Assembly: GCA_965216755.1 (NCBI GenBank)
Contig: CBDCGL010000011.1
Span: 4,544,001 to 4,608,000 of the forward strand
Source: Alphaproteobacteria bacterium
Lineage (GTDB): Bacteria; Pseudomonadota; Alphaproteobacteria; UBA7887
Direction of reading: 5' to 3'
Length of the DNA stretch: 64,000 nucleotides
Every line of letters starts with the position of its first letter. The stretch's first letter is position 1. A program made the translations under genes and the position numbers. This document shows positions 1-9,587 of this stretch, piece by piece. The notes beneath the pieces were generated by a model that ran no database searches, had not been told where the DNA came from, and worked only from the letters and a program-made list of their open reading frames with translations.

Positions 1-134
1 GCTGGAAGTCGCGGGCCGACGTCACAATATGGCCAGCTTGGCGGGCTAAATTGCACCATTCGCAGCGGTCGCCTGTCGATCGCGTATTGCGTATGCTGCT
101 GCCAAATGACAACCAAAATGGGAGGCGCACAGTC

Positions 135-848
135 ATGACTACCGGGCGTTTTGCACTCGCCTTTGTGGCGCTATCCGCCGTGATGCTGATCGATGCCGTG
201 GCCGCACAGGCCGAGACGACATTTGTCTTGAGGATTCGGAATGTCAGCGAGGCCAATACCATGGCGCTCAGCGACGGCACGCGCGAGGCCGCGTTGTTGT
301 CGTGGGGTGTTTATGCGATTCACGATAGCGGCACGCCGATCTTCACACCCGGTCAAGCGGCAGGAGGCGCGGGACTGGAACCTTTGGCGGAAGACGGCGT
401 TGCGGACCAGTTGGCCGAATCGCTCCGGTCCGCGGCCGGTGTCAAGACAGCCGGCGTTCTGAAAGCTCGTTTGGTCGATGGCGTTCCGGTCATTCCCGCG
501 GGCGGCCTGATGCGCGCGGTGGCCAAAGCCAATCCGGGCGACCGTTTGTCTTTCGCCGTGATGTTGGAACAATCCAATGACTTGTTCTATGCATTCGCTG
601 AAACAGGGGTCCCTTTGTTTGATGATTCAGGCGCGCCGATTAGCGCTGATTTGACCCCGCAGATCATGCTTTGGGACGCCGGCACCGAGGTCAATCAGGA
701 TCCCGGATTGGGGCCGGACACGGGCAACAACGAGCAAGAGCTGAACCAAGGCCCCGACGAAGGTGGTGTCGTGCGACTGGTGGACGACGGCTTTACCTAT
801 CCGGCGATCGCCAATGTAATCAAGCTGACGGTTGAGCCGCGCGAATAG
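135..848 (+). CDS. Secreted spondin (Spondin_N) domain protein
   Basis: GGAGG at 121-125 before ATG 135; signal peptide ending AQA; spondin motifs LEPLAEDG, SFAVMLEQSNDLFY and LWDAGTEVNQ. Confidence 0.75.
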   Translation: MTTGRFALAFVALSAVMLIDAVAAQAETTFVLRIRNVSEANTMALSDGTREAALLSWGVYAIHDSGTPIFTPGQAAGGAGLEPLAEDGVADQLAESLRSAAGVKTAGVLKARLVDGVPVIPAGGLMRAVAKANPGDRLSFAVMLEQSNDLFYAFAETGVPLFDDSGAPISADLTPQIMLWDAGTEVNQDPGLGPDTGNNEQELNQGPDEGGVVRLVDDGFTYPAIANVIKLTVEPRE

Positions 849-3800
849 GGACCGCGCCAGCCTGCAATTGGTGGAGCAGGTCGGCCGCACCAATCAAGTC
901 CGGGCTGGTGAAACCTTCGCTAAACCAGTCGTAAACGGGCTTCAGTACGCAAATTGCGGCTGGGGTTTCACCTTGGGCGTGGCGTAAACGGGCGAGGGAC
1001 GTCGCGGCACGAAGTTCAAGCGACTTCTCGCCCTGTTCACGCGCGCTTTGCAGTGCGCTGCATAAGTCCTTTTTCGCCGCGTCGATGACAGAGTTGGGAA
1101 GGACACCACGCGTGCCCGCGGCCAATCGCAGTTCGCCGCGCAATCGGTAGAGTTCGGGCGCGATGGCCCGGCCGCCTTTGCCCGTTAAGCGGTCCAGCCC
1201 TTGCACAATCGCATCGTGCGCGGCGTCGTAACGACCGGCGCTGCACAGTGCTGTGGCTCGCGACGCAGAATAGAATGTTGACGGACCGCGTTGCCACATG
1301 GGTGCACCGGCTTCGAAGCCTCTGTCGATTTCGGCCAGGCCTGCCTCGATGTCGCCGGTTTCGACCATCGCCCAACCGCGATGGATCATGCTGTGGACGC
1401 GCCAGGTTGGGAAGTTGTGCTGTGTTGAGATAGCCAACGAGCGTTCGGCACGCGCCTTTAGCACATCCCACTGGCCCAACCGGGCATAGACCGATCCGCC
1501 GACGCTGAGAGCAAACGCTAGGCTAAACGGGTGGCCAATATGCTCTGCGGCCTCAAGGGCTGAATCCGCCGCCCGCGCGGCTTGATCAGGGTAGCCCAAA
1601 TACCATAGCACCAAAGCCAATACAGAGCGGCATACAACGCCGAGATCATTGAGTTGCGACCCGAGGATCTGACCGGCCTCGCTGGGTCGGTACATCAGTG
1701 AAGCACGCTCCAAATAGGCACGCGCTTTGACAATTTCGCCGTGATCATACAGGCACACACCGACAGCCGTATTGGCCGCCAGCGTGATTTCCGAGTCATC
1801 GACGCGCTCAGATAACGCCATGAGCCGTTCGGCATAGTGACGGGCCTCGCGCGCCCGTCCCGTGCTCAAATTGTGGCTATAAAAGCCAAGCAATGCGCGC
1901 GCTGTCTGCCGGTCATCGCCGAGTTCTTCGGCCAAAGCCAAAACGCGATCCAGGGATAGTCGAACCTGCGGCGCCGCGTAGCCGTGCGACGCGGCCAGCG
2001 CACCGGCACGCAGCGATCGTAAGCGCAGTTCCATGCATTTTTCGGCGCGACCCGAAGGCAACGTTTCCAGCCAGCCAAGACCTTTTTCCGTCTCGCTCAG
2101 CGCTTCGGCCATGGCGGCACTGCGCACGCTGCGTTCTGCGGCGCGGATGCAGTAGGTGAGCGCTTTGTCGAGCAAGCCGGCCGCCGCGTAGTGTCGGGCG
2201 ACGGTGCCCGGCGTCGCCTCGGCGATTCCAGGAAATTTCGTGGCCAGTGTGTCACCGATCGTGTGGTGATATTGCTGGCGTTTGCGTCTAAGCAGCGATT
2301 CGTAGGCGACGTCATGGATCAAGGCATGCCGGAAAACGTAAGACTCATCGGCGGTCGTTCGCCGTTTCGAAATGATGCCCGCGTTCACAAGCTGCGCAAG
2401 GGCGCCGCGCAATGCCGGTTCGGCCAGGGATGCGACGGATGCCAAGACATCGAAATTGAAGGTTCGACCGATCACCGACGCCAGCTGGGCGACATCTTTT
2501 GCGGCGCCGAGACCGTCAAGGCGTGCCATAAGCGAATCCTGCAGGGTCTCGGGGACGGCCAATACCGGATGTCTGTCGTTGTTGTCAGCGGATTCGGGGT
2601 CCTGTTCGGGATCACGCTGCAACAACATGCGCGTGACTTCCTCGAGAAATATGGGGACACCATCGGCGCGTTTGACAATTTTCGCGATGATCTCGGCGGG
2701 CAATCGCGCGGCACCTTCGATACCGTTGACGATCGCCGTAGCCTGATCGTTGTCCAGCCGTTTAAGGGGCAAATGCGCTACGTTCGGCAAATAGTGCCAG
2801 GGCGATTCATAGTCTGCGCGATGGGCGATCAACAGCAATATGCGGTGCGCAGGCGCCAGTTCGATAACGCGCTCAAAGAAGGCCGCCGTCGACGGGTCGA
2901 TCCAGTGGGCATCTTCCAGCACAATGAGCACCGGCTTTCGCGCGGCGATCGCCAACAATAGCGCGCACAGGCTCTCTAGCTTGCGTTCCTTCTGGTCAAT
3001 GCCGCTTGTCGCGGGCACTGCGAAGCGATCGTCAACCGGTACGGACAGCAACGCCGCAAACGCCGGCAAATGCGTTTCCACATCCAGTCCGAAGTGGCTC
3101 AACATCCGTTCCAGGCGCGCCTGCTTCTCCCCAACTTTCATTTCACGCGAGAATCCAAGACGCCGTTCCAAAGCGCGGATCAGCGGATGAAACGCGGTTG
3201 CGCTATGGTAAGTTGAGCAATAATGACGCAGCCAACTAAATTCTTGCGCTGAAAACTGCGCCCGCACGGCCGCAATAACGCGGGATTTGCCGATCCCAGG
3301 ATCACCAGTCAGTATGATCGTGCCGCCACGTCCTTCTTGCGTGCGGTCCCACGCTTGCGCGATCGCCTCAATTTCATGTGTGCGGCCGACCAACGGCGTC
3401 AGCGCACGGCCGACGGCGTCGAGACGGGTTGCGACATCCAGGCTTCCGTGCACCTCAAAGATCGGCATGGGTGCGTCAACGCCTCGCAAATCTTGCGATC
3501 CGCGGCCGACACAGTCGAAATATCCGGCGATCAGGCGATGGGTAGCCGCACTGACAAACACCGTATTTGGTGCAGCGGCGGCCTGGATGCGTGCGGCAAT
3601 ATTGGGGGTACCGCCAATGGCATCTTCCGAATTGAGCACGTCCGCGGTGTGCTCCTGACCGACAACAACGAGGCCGGAGTGGATGCCGACGCGGACCGAC
3701 AAGCCGGCGTCGTGATCCAGGTCCGCAACAACGTCGATGAGTTCCAATCCGGCTCGGACCGCCCGCTGCGCATCATCTTCGTGGGCGCTTGGATAACCGA

Positions 3801-4140
3801 AATAGACCAGGATCCCGTCGCCATAGAACTGGGCGACATAGCCCTCGTGCCCAGCGACGACACGGTTAGCCGTGGCACGATAGGTGCCCATGATTTCACG
3901 ATAGTCCTCTGGGTCCACGCTTTGTGACAGCGCGGTCGAGCCGACCAAATCGCAAAACATGACAGTTAAGTGGCGTCGTTCCGCGCCGCCACGTCTCGGA
4001 ACCGGGCGCGCGCCAGCGTCCGATGGGTGGCGCGCGGCGTCTGCCCCGGAGACCGTACCGTCCAGCCGGTTGCCGCATTGGCCGCAGAACCGGAAACGCG
4101 GATCATTTGGATTGTCAAAGCCGCAATGGCCACATTTCAT
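820..4140 (-). CDS. Class III adenylate/guanylate cyclase with N-terminal zinc ribbon, AAA ATPase and TPR-like region
   Basis: CGHC/CGQC ribbon; TVMFCDLVGST, FYGDG, VRVGIHSG and PNIAARIQ cyclase motifs; Walker A GDPGIGKS; LEDAHWID; C-terminal ELRAATSLARL. Confidence 0.9.
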   Translation of the reverse strand: MKCGHCGFDNPNDPRFRFCGQCGNRLDGTVSGADAARHPSDAGARPVPRRGGAERRHLTVMFCDLVGSTALSQSVDPEDYREIMGTYRATANRVVAGHEGYVAQFYGDGILVYFGYPSAHEDDAQRAVRAGLELIDVVADLDHDAGLSVRVGIHSGLVVVGQEHTADVLNSEDAIGGTPNIAARIQAAAAPNTVFVSAATHRLIAGYFDCVGRGSQDLRGVDAPMPIFEVHGSLDVATRLDAVGRALTPLVGRTHEIEAIAQAWDRTQEGRGGTIILTGDPGIGKSRVIAAVRAQFSAQEFSWLRHYCSTYHSATAFHPLIRALERRLGFSREMKVGEKQARLERMLSHFGLDVETHLPAFAALLSVPVDDRFAVPATSGIDQKERKLESLCALLLAIAARKPVLIVLEDAHWIDPSTAAFFERVIELAPAHRILLLIAHRADYESPWHYLPNVAHLPLKRLDNDQATAIVNGIEGAARLPAEIIAKIVKRADGVPIFLEEVTRMLLQRDPEQDPESADNNDRHPVLAVPETLQDSLMARLDGLGAAKDVAQLASVIGRTFNFDVLASVASLAEPALRGALAQLVNAGIISKRRTTADESYVFRHALIHDVAYESLLRRKRQQYHHTIGDTLATKFPGIAEATPGTVARHYAAAGLLDKALTYCIRAAERSVRSAAMAEALSETEKGLGWLETLPSGRAEKCMELRLRSLRAGALAASHGYAAPQVRLSLDRVLALAEELGDDRQTARALLGFYSHNLSTGRAREARHYAERLMALSERVDDSEITLAANTAVGVCLYDHGEIVKARAYLERASLMYRPSEAGQILGSQLNDLGVVCRSVLALVLWYLGYPDQAARAADSALEAAEHIGHPFSLAFALSVGGSVYARLGQWDVLKARAERSLAISTQHNFPTWRVHSMIHRGWAMVETGDIEAGLAEIDRGFEAGAPMWQRGPSTFYSASRATALCSAGRYDAAHDAIVQGLDRLTGKGGRAIAPELYRLRGELRLAAGTRGVLPNSVIDAAKKDLCSALQSAREQGEKSLELRAATSLARLRHAQGETPAAICVLKPVYDWFSEGFTSPDLIGAADLLHQLQAGAVPIRAAQPSA

Positions 4141-4270
4141 ATTTGCTGATTCCGACCCAACGCAGTGTACCTGCCAGTCCGTGCCAGATACGCAATTGGT
4201 GCCTCTATTTCAAGGCGATGCCGATGATCGTAAGATGACAATCCAGTTCCCGATCGACGTCGGACTTGGG

Positions 4271-5410
4271 TTAGGCGGCGGGTTCCGCATCGAAAGTTTG
4301 TAAGTCGGTATTGCCGAGGCCGAGATAAAGTGGCGCCGCGTGGCCGCGATAGATGCTCACCTTGGCGTTGAAAACGGTCCGACGGTGGCCGTGTTTATCC
4401 GAGACGCGATAGGACTTGACATTGAAGGATTGGCTGTCGAGCCGCTCGCCGGTCAAATACGCCTTGATCGCGGAGATTTGTTCACCAGCAAGTGTCACAT
4501 CCATCAAGCGGTCAAGTTGCTCTTGTGCGCGGCCCATAAAACTGGTCGTTGCCATCGGCGTCGGCGATCCGGCCCCGCTGTCGTCCGGGCGTTCGAAGCT
4601 CCCGATCAAGATCTGTCCGGCCAGGGCTTTTTGAACCATCCGTGCGAGTGTGATTGTCAGGTCACCGACGATGAAGCCATTCATTGATGGGTTGAGTCCG
4701 TCAGCCTGGTAATACTCGTAGTGGCTGCCAATGTGAAACGACGTTCGCAACACGGGCGTCGTGTTGGGTCGACCCTTGGCCATCGCCAGCGCGTTGTCGG
4801 CCAAAATCAGCATCATCAGATAGAATAGGTTGACGTCGGCCTCGATGCCGGTGTCGCGGTTCCAAACATAGAAGCCGTCGCCGGTCGTCGATCGGCCCAG
4901 GTCGATGGGCAGATCGTAAGCCATGGCTTTGCTCTGGGCGACGTTGATGCTGTACGACAGACTGTTGAGTAGGGTGACCTGTTCCAGTGGTGAATGCAGC
5001 GAGAAGCCGACGATGTCGAACAAGATCGCGGCCCGGTGTTCTGACTTGGTGACACTGTAGCGGCGCACAAGCGTATCGATCTCGGTCGACGCCGCCACGC
5101 CGCCGAGGGGCGCGGACGGCAGCTCGATCGCTGTCGGCTCTATGCCGCCATGGGTGGCGAGACGATCGAATTGCGCATCGCCGAGTTGGTGGCTTTCCGA
5201 CAGGATTTCTGCGTGCGCGTCGATCAACGACGGCAGCATGAATTGCGGCAGCACCAGAAGGTCGATGCCGTGCGGCGCCGGCCGCCAGCCGACAATCAAG
5301 TTACGGCCCAATTTCCAGATGGCATTGAGCGCTTGGTCGAGCTGGCGCAGATAGTCGCCCGAGGCGCCCACACTGAGCGCGGCCGAAACTGAAGACAGGC
5401 GGGCCGTCAT
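4271..5410 (-). CDS. Hypothetical protein with a divergent class III nucleotide cyclase-like domain
   Basis: ILFDIVGFS and STTGDGFY match the two metal-binding Asp motifs. LRTSFHIG and IVGDLTITLARM resemble later cyclase motifs but lack the catalytic Asn. Confidence 0.55.
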   Translation of the reverse strand: MTARLSSVSAALSVGASGDYLRQLDQALNAIWKLGRNLIVGWRPAPHGIDLLVLPQFMLPSLIDAHAEILSESHQLGDAQFDRLATHGGIEPTAIELPSAPLGGVAASTEIDTLVRRYSVTKSEHRAAILFDIVGFSLHSPLEQVTLLNSLSYSINVAQSKAMAYDLPIDLGRSTTGDGFYVWNRDTGIEADVNLFYLMMLILADNALAMAKGRPNTTPVLRTSFHIGSHYEYYQADGLNPSMNGFIVGDLTITLARMVQKALAGQILIGSFERPDDSGAGSPTPMATTSFMGRAQEQLDRLMDVTLAGEQISAIKAYLTGERLDSQSFNVKSYRVSDKHGHRRTVFNAKVSIYRGHAAPLYLGLGNTDLQTFDAEPAA

Positions 5411-5554
5411 CTACATCTGGTGATCATGTTTCGGGATCCATCCCATATATTGCGGTATTGGCGCGTACGTTTTGTCCTGCGCCATGCCACAGCAGAGAAT
5501 ATAAGCCGGCCAGGAAGACCACCCAGTGTGGCGCCCCGGCGTCACGCCGGCCGT

Positions 5555-5851
5555 CTAACGCCGCCAGCGATGGGATGCGACAACCCCACGGCTTGGCCAG
5601 TCGGGTCGGGCGTCGATTCGCCGCCCGCCGCACTGTCCGCATCGCAAGCGGCGCGCGACCTCCGGAACCGCTGTGCACCCGCCGAGACGCGTGACCAATA
5701 GCGTCACCGGGATGACGCGACGGTGGCCGCAATCCTCACACCAGGCCCAAATATCACAGCCCATATCGGCCAGTTCCCGGAGGCTCAGCGCCGAGACGCT
5801 CCGGTCTGTGGCCGGCCGTTGCCTTCGTTGTGGCGGCGCGCGATTGCTCAA
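5555..5851 (-). CDS. Small zinc-ribbon hypothetical protein, likely SOS-regulated
   Basis: Two CxxC pairs ([17 protein letters not shown]); the TTG start at 5851 is inferred; LexA box just upstream. Confidence 0.55.
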   Translation of the reverse strand: MSNRAPPQRRQRPATDRSVSALSLRELADMGCDIWAWCEDCGHRRVIPVTLLVTRLGGCTAVPEVARRLRCGQCGGRRIDARPDWPSRGVVASHRWRR

Positions 5852-5868
5852 GAGAATCTCATTAGTTA

Positions 5869-5883
5869 GAACAAAAAGTGAAC
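5869..5883 (-). promoter_or_regulatory. Alphaproteobacterial LexA (SOS) box
   Basis: GAAC-AAAAAGT-GAAC on + (GTTC-N7-GTTC on -), an exact match to the alpha SOS consensus, in a divergent intergenic region. Confidence 0.7.
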
Positions 5884-5990
5884 ACATAGACGATCTAAAG
5901 GGCCGGGAAAGTCAAGCCTGTCGCCAAGACGTTGTATTATGTTGGCCGTTGACGGCCGAGTTCGGTCTTTGGCGCAAAGAGGGGACGCGC

Positions 5991-6374
5991 ATGCGACGAA
6001 TCACGATGGTCATGGGAAATGTGACGGTCACCGGTGTTTTGCACGATACGCCGACGGCGGACGCGATCTGGGCGGCGCTACCGATCCATGCGATCGCGCG
6101 CACCTGGGGTGAGGAAGTTTATTTTGACACGCCGGTTCGCGCCGATCGTGAGCCAGACGCCCGCGCGGTCGTCGAATGCGGCGAGTTGGCGTTCTGGTTG
6201 GCTGGCGACGCCATCGCGATTTGCTTCGGCCGCACGCCGGTTTCGACCGCGGATGAAATCCGGTTGATATCGGAGGCGAATATTTGGGGACGCGTAGATG
6301 GAGATCCGCGGGTGCTCGCGGATGTGCGCGACGGCGATGCGGTTGCCGTGGCTCGCGAAACGCGCGCGGCGTGA
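5991..6374 (+). CDS. Cyclophilin-like fold protein (DUF369/DUF3830-like)
   Basis: [26 protein letters not shown] and AICFGRTP motifs; purine-rich RBS before ATG 5991. Confidence 0.75.
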   Translation: MRRITMVMGNVTVTGVLHDTPTADAIWAALPIHAIARTWGEEVYFDTPVRADREPDARAVVECGELAFWLAGDAIAICFGRTPVSTADEIRLISEANIWGRVDGDPRVLADVRDGDAVAVARETRAA

Positions 6375-6383
6375 CGGCTGGCG

Positions 6384-6905
6384 TTACGGTACTTTGACGA
6401 ATTTGGCGAGCGTCGCGCGTAGGCCTTCTTCCAGTTGCTTGCCGATTTCGCCACCGTCGTCTTTGAGTTGTTGTTTGAACACCAGGGTCATGGCATCAAC
6501 GTGCACTTGCGACACAGGCACTTTCTCATCGTCGTTCAGTGTCGATTTGCGCAAAATCAGTGACAGCGAATCGGCAAACTTGGTCAGCAGCGGAAACCCG
6601 ATGCTGCTGCCGTAGCCCTTGATTTCGTGGGCGGCTTGTTGGATTGCCTTAAGCGAGTCCGTCCGCGCGTTCGGATTAGTCGTGAGCTCACGAAAGGCCG
6701 CCGTCAGGCGCTCCATATCCTTGTCGAGTTCTTGGATGAAGACGTCTGAGTAAGCTTCGGCGGCTTCTTCAGCGCGTTTCAACATTTCCGGATCAAATCC
6801 GTCGCCGGCAACGGGCTTGGCGCCGGCGACCTTGTTCTTGATCTTGTTCGGTGGTCGGATCACGGTGGCTGTTTCGTCCGTGGCGTTCACATCGCGGTCT
6901 GCCAT
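6384..6905 (-). CDS. Hpt (histidine phosphotransfer) domain protein
   Basis: AHEIKGYGSSIGF Hpt motif; downstream of a receiver gene. Confidence 0.8.
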   Translation of the reverse strand: MADRDVNATDETATVIRPPNKIKNKVAGAKPVAGDGFDPEMLKRAEEAAEAYSDVFIQELDKDMERLTAAFRELTTNPNARTDSLKAIQQAAHEIKGYGSSIGFPLLTKFADSLSLILRKSTLNDDEKVPVSQVHVDAMTLVFKQQLKDDGGEIGKQLEEGLRATLAKFVKVP

Positions 6906-6963
6906 GCTCCAATGCTCCTCAATTCCGGTCCATGCGGTCGCAATGCACCAGGTCGAAAATCTG

Positions 6964-7503
6964 TTAAAAGGCTCGAGACCGGGCGGCGATCAATTGTGCG
7001 CCATCCGCGCCGTCTTCGGTCGGTGGGCTCTTGCGCCGTTCCGGACCGTTATGCGGCATATCGCGGCGGCGTCGATCAGGCCCGAAGTAAGACTTGCATT
7101 GGACAAACGGTCGGGGGTGATTGATCACCTCCAGGACCCGGGAATAGGCGGCGCGCGCCTGAATGGGTTTGGTCAGAAACTCGGTCACACCTGCGTCGCG
7201 CGCCTCGACCACGGTGCCATAATCGCTGTAGCCGGTGACCATGATGACCGGAACAAATCGGTCCGGGCTGTCTGCACTGGTGCGCAATAGCTGTACGAAC
7301 TCAATGCCGCTCAACGGTTCCATGCTGTGGTCGCAAAACACCAAGTCAACCGGGCAGATTTGCATCTCTTTAAAGGCATCGGCCGCGTTGGTAAGTTGGT
7401 GTACGTCTCGGATGCCCAATCCACGCAGGATTTCGGCGATCAGTGTCAGCATGTAGCGGTTGTCATCAACAACCATCACCGAGACACGTTCCAGTCGATA
7501 CAT
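6964..7503 (-). CDS. Single-domain response regulator with Arg-rich C-terminal tail (Cle-like, CheY-type)
   Basis: VVDD, phosphoacceptor in VFCDHSM, MVTG and TKP; tail YFGPDRR...HNGPERR. Confidence 0.85.
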   Translation of the reverse strand: MYRLERVSVMVVDDNRYMLTLIAEILRGLGIRDVHQLTNAADAFKEMQICPVDLVFCDHSMEPLSGIEFVQLLRTSADSPDRFVPVIMVTGYSDYGTVVEARDAGVTEFLTKPIQARAAYSRVLEVINHPRPFVQCKSYFGPDRRRRDMPHNGPERRKSPPTEDGADGAQLIAARSRAF

Positions 7504-7646
7504 TCCGCGACCCTATTCAGCTGCGCATTGGGGAAACAGGTATACCCAACAGCCGTCGCACCCCAGATTCCGGGGGACGCGTCACCGTCTATTGACAATG
7601 GTGTCGGTCGGGTACGATTTCCACGCCGCGGCGCGATAGCCGACGA

Positions 7647-8420
7647 TTAGACTTTGTAAGACGGATCGCGGCGCTCAATCAGGCGGGTCAGAGCGGCGAA
7701 TGCCAGATGGCCATTATCACTGTCTTCCAGAGCGGATGCGTGCTGTTCACAAACGTCGTCAGTGGGGCGCAATAGTGGTTCACCCGTAGCCTGGGCGGTG
7801 GTTTGGACGCGACACGCCGTCTCCAATGCATATAGACGGATGAATGCCTCCGGGATCGTCCGACCGCAGCTCAATAGGCCGTGGTTGCGCAATATCAGGA
7901 AGTTCTTGTCGCCAAGGCTATCAACCAGGCGTTTCCGCTCATCCTCGCGTACCGTCAGGCCCTCGAAATCGTGATAAGCCACCCGATCGCGCAGCGCAAT
8001 TCCCGAAAAGTCGTGACATTTGAGGCCGGTCTTTGTCGCCGCGACGGCCATGCCCGCGGTTGTGTGAGTGTGCATGACGCAGCGCACGTCGTCGCGGGCC
8101 GCGTGAATGGCGCTGTGAATAACGAAGCCGGCCGGATTGACCGGGTGTTGGGTCGCGTCGACAATATTGCCGTCGAGGTCGATTTTGACCAGGTTCGACG
8201 CGGTTACCTCGCTGTAGAGAAGGCCGTACGGATTGATTAGGAAGTGCCTATCCGGGCCCGGGACGCGAGCAGTTATGTGGCCGTAGATTAGCTGTGTCCA
8301 CCCGAGATGGTCGAGAATCCGATAAGCAGCAGCCAACTGAATCCGCAGCGCCTGTTCGTCGTCTGGAACCTTGTCAGTGCGAAAGGACGCCAGTGACGTC
8401 ACACGATGATACTCGGTCAT
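7647..8420 (-). CDS. Class II aldolase/adducin family protein
   Basis: GHITARVPG, FLINPYG, GFVIHSAIH, MHTHT and LRNHG motifs. Confidence 0.9.
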   Translation of the reverse strand: MTEYHRVTSLASFRTDKVPDDEQALRIQLAAAYRILDHLGWTQLIYGHITARVPGPDRHFLINPYGLLYSEVTASNLVKIDLDGNIVDATQHPVNPAGFVIHSAIHAARDDVRCVMHTHTTAGMAVAATKTGLKCHDFSGIALRDRVAYHDFEGLTVREDERKRLVDSLGDKNFLILRNHGLLSCGRTIPEAFIRLYALETACRVQTTAQATGEPLLRPTDDVCEQHASALEDSDNGHLAFAALTRLIERRDPSYKV

Positions 8421-8944
8421 GGTGCCTGCCTCGGTGGGATACATGTGAATGCATAGCCGCGGCCCGCCACTGGATTGGGCACCGGCGGGCGGCGCTTAGC
8501 AAATTGCCGCAGCGGAGTAGTGTGCCACATCCCTGTGTGGCGGGTCGAGCGGCCGGTTGGTCGATCCGGCCAGAACGGTTTCCATGTGGTCGGCAAGACA
8601 GTCAGTTCGGACGCAATGTGTCTAAAAAGTAGTAGAAACATGAGATGACATCCTACAGTGGCCATCTCAATTGCAATTGATACGTCTTATACGAGTATAT
8701 GATTGCATTAACACTCGTTATGAGGCATGGATATCGCGACTGACGCGTTCGCGATTTTGCGGTCTGCGGGTCGTAGGAGTCCATGTTGTGACAAAGGCGT
8801 GGTGGCCTGCAAGTCGGGGGTACGGCGGCAACTGAGCCCGGACAGGTTGACCGAACGGCGCAACCGTTGGGGAAATAAGGTTTTGTGACAGCAACCACAG
8901 CTTTGGAGCAGGGTGGCGGCGCGACCGGGGAGACAATCTGAACC

Positions 8945-9331
8945 ATGCATGGTGATGAAAACGATCAACGATTGATCTGCTTGGAACAGGAATGGCGTGA
9001 TCTTGATCGCGTGGCGGCTGAGTTGGAGCGGCGGCACGGGCAGGTGCTCTGGCATTCGCCCGAGTGGAGCGCCGGGGATCGAGATCGCGCGTTTGAACGC
9101 GCCGACGTGCAAGCGCTGAACGAAGAAATCACCGAAATCGCGAGCAGATTGCGAAAAATCCCTTTCTTGGTTTCCGAAATCCCGGCTGTGTCGATTGTCG
9201 GCGCACTGGTCAAAGTGCGCTTGCTGCGCGAGAGTCTGGAGGCGGGATCGTCCGATCATGATTTACCGCTTTTGGCGTCTCTCGCGGACGATATCTCCCG
9301 ACTGCTGAACCATCCGAAGACCCGCGAATGA
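8945..9331 (+). CDS. Hypothetical protein
   Basis: 128-aa helical-looking ORF in an otherwise empty region; no recognised motif. Confidence 0.45.
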   Translation: MHGDENDQRLICLEQEWRDLDRVAAELERRHGQVLWHSPEWSAGDRDRAFERADVQALNEEITEIASRLRKIPFLVSEIPAVSIVGALVKVRLLRESLEAGSSDHDLPLLASLADDISRLLNHPKTRE

Positions 9332-9587
9332 TCCTGCCGCGGTGTGGTGTTGGGGTGCGGTAAGGCGCGATCAAACGGATCAACGGCGATAACCTAATCT
9401 TTGATGGTAGTGGGCGACCGCGCTGCGCTGTTTCGCGCACGACCATTCACAGTCCGTTAACACCTACGGGACTACGCTTGTGCGGCGGAATCCCGATCTC
9501 GCGTAGGACGATCGGGGTGCATGCGGCGGCCCAATCACCATCAGATTCGAAGCCGGGCAGAGTGGAACGAAACGGTAACTGGGGTCA

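Noticed and set aside
820-5410. Pycsar/CBASS-type anti-phage system
   Set aside because: No cyclic-nucleotide-binding TM or TIR effector nearby; the large cyclase-ATPase-TPR architecture is a common signalling type.
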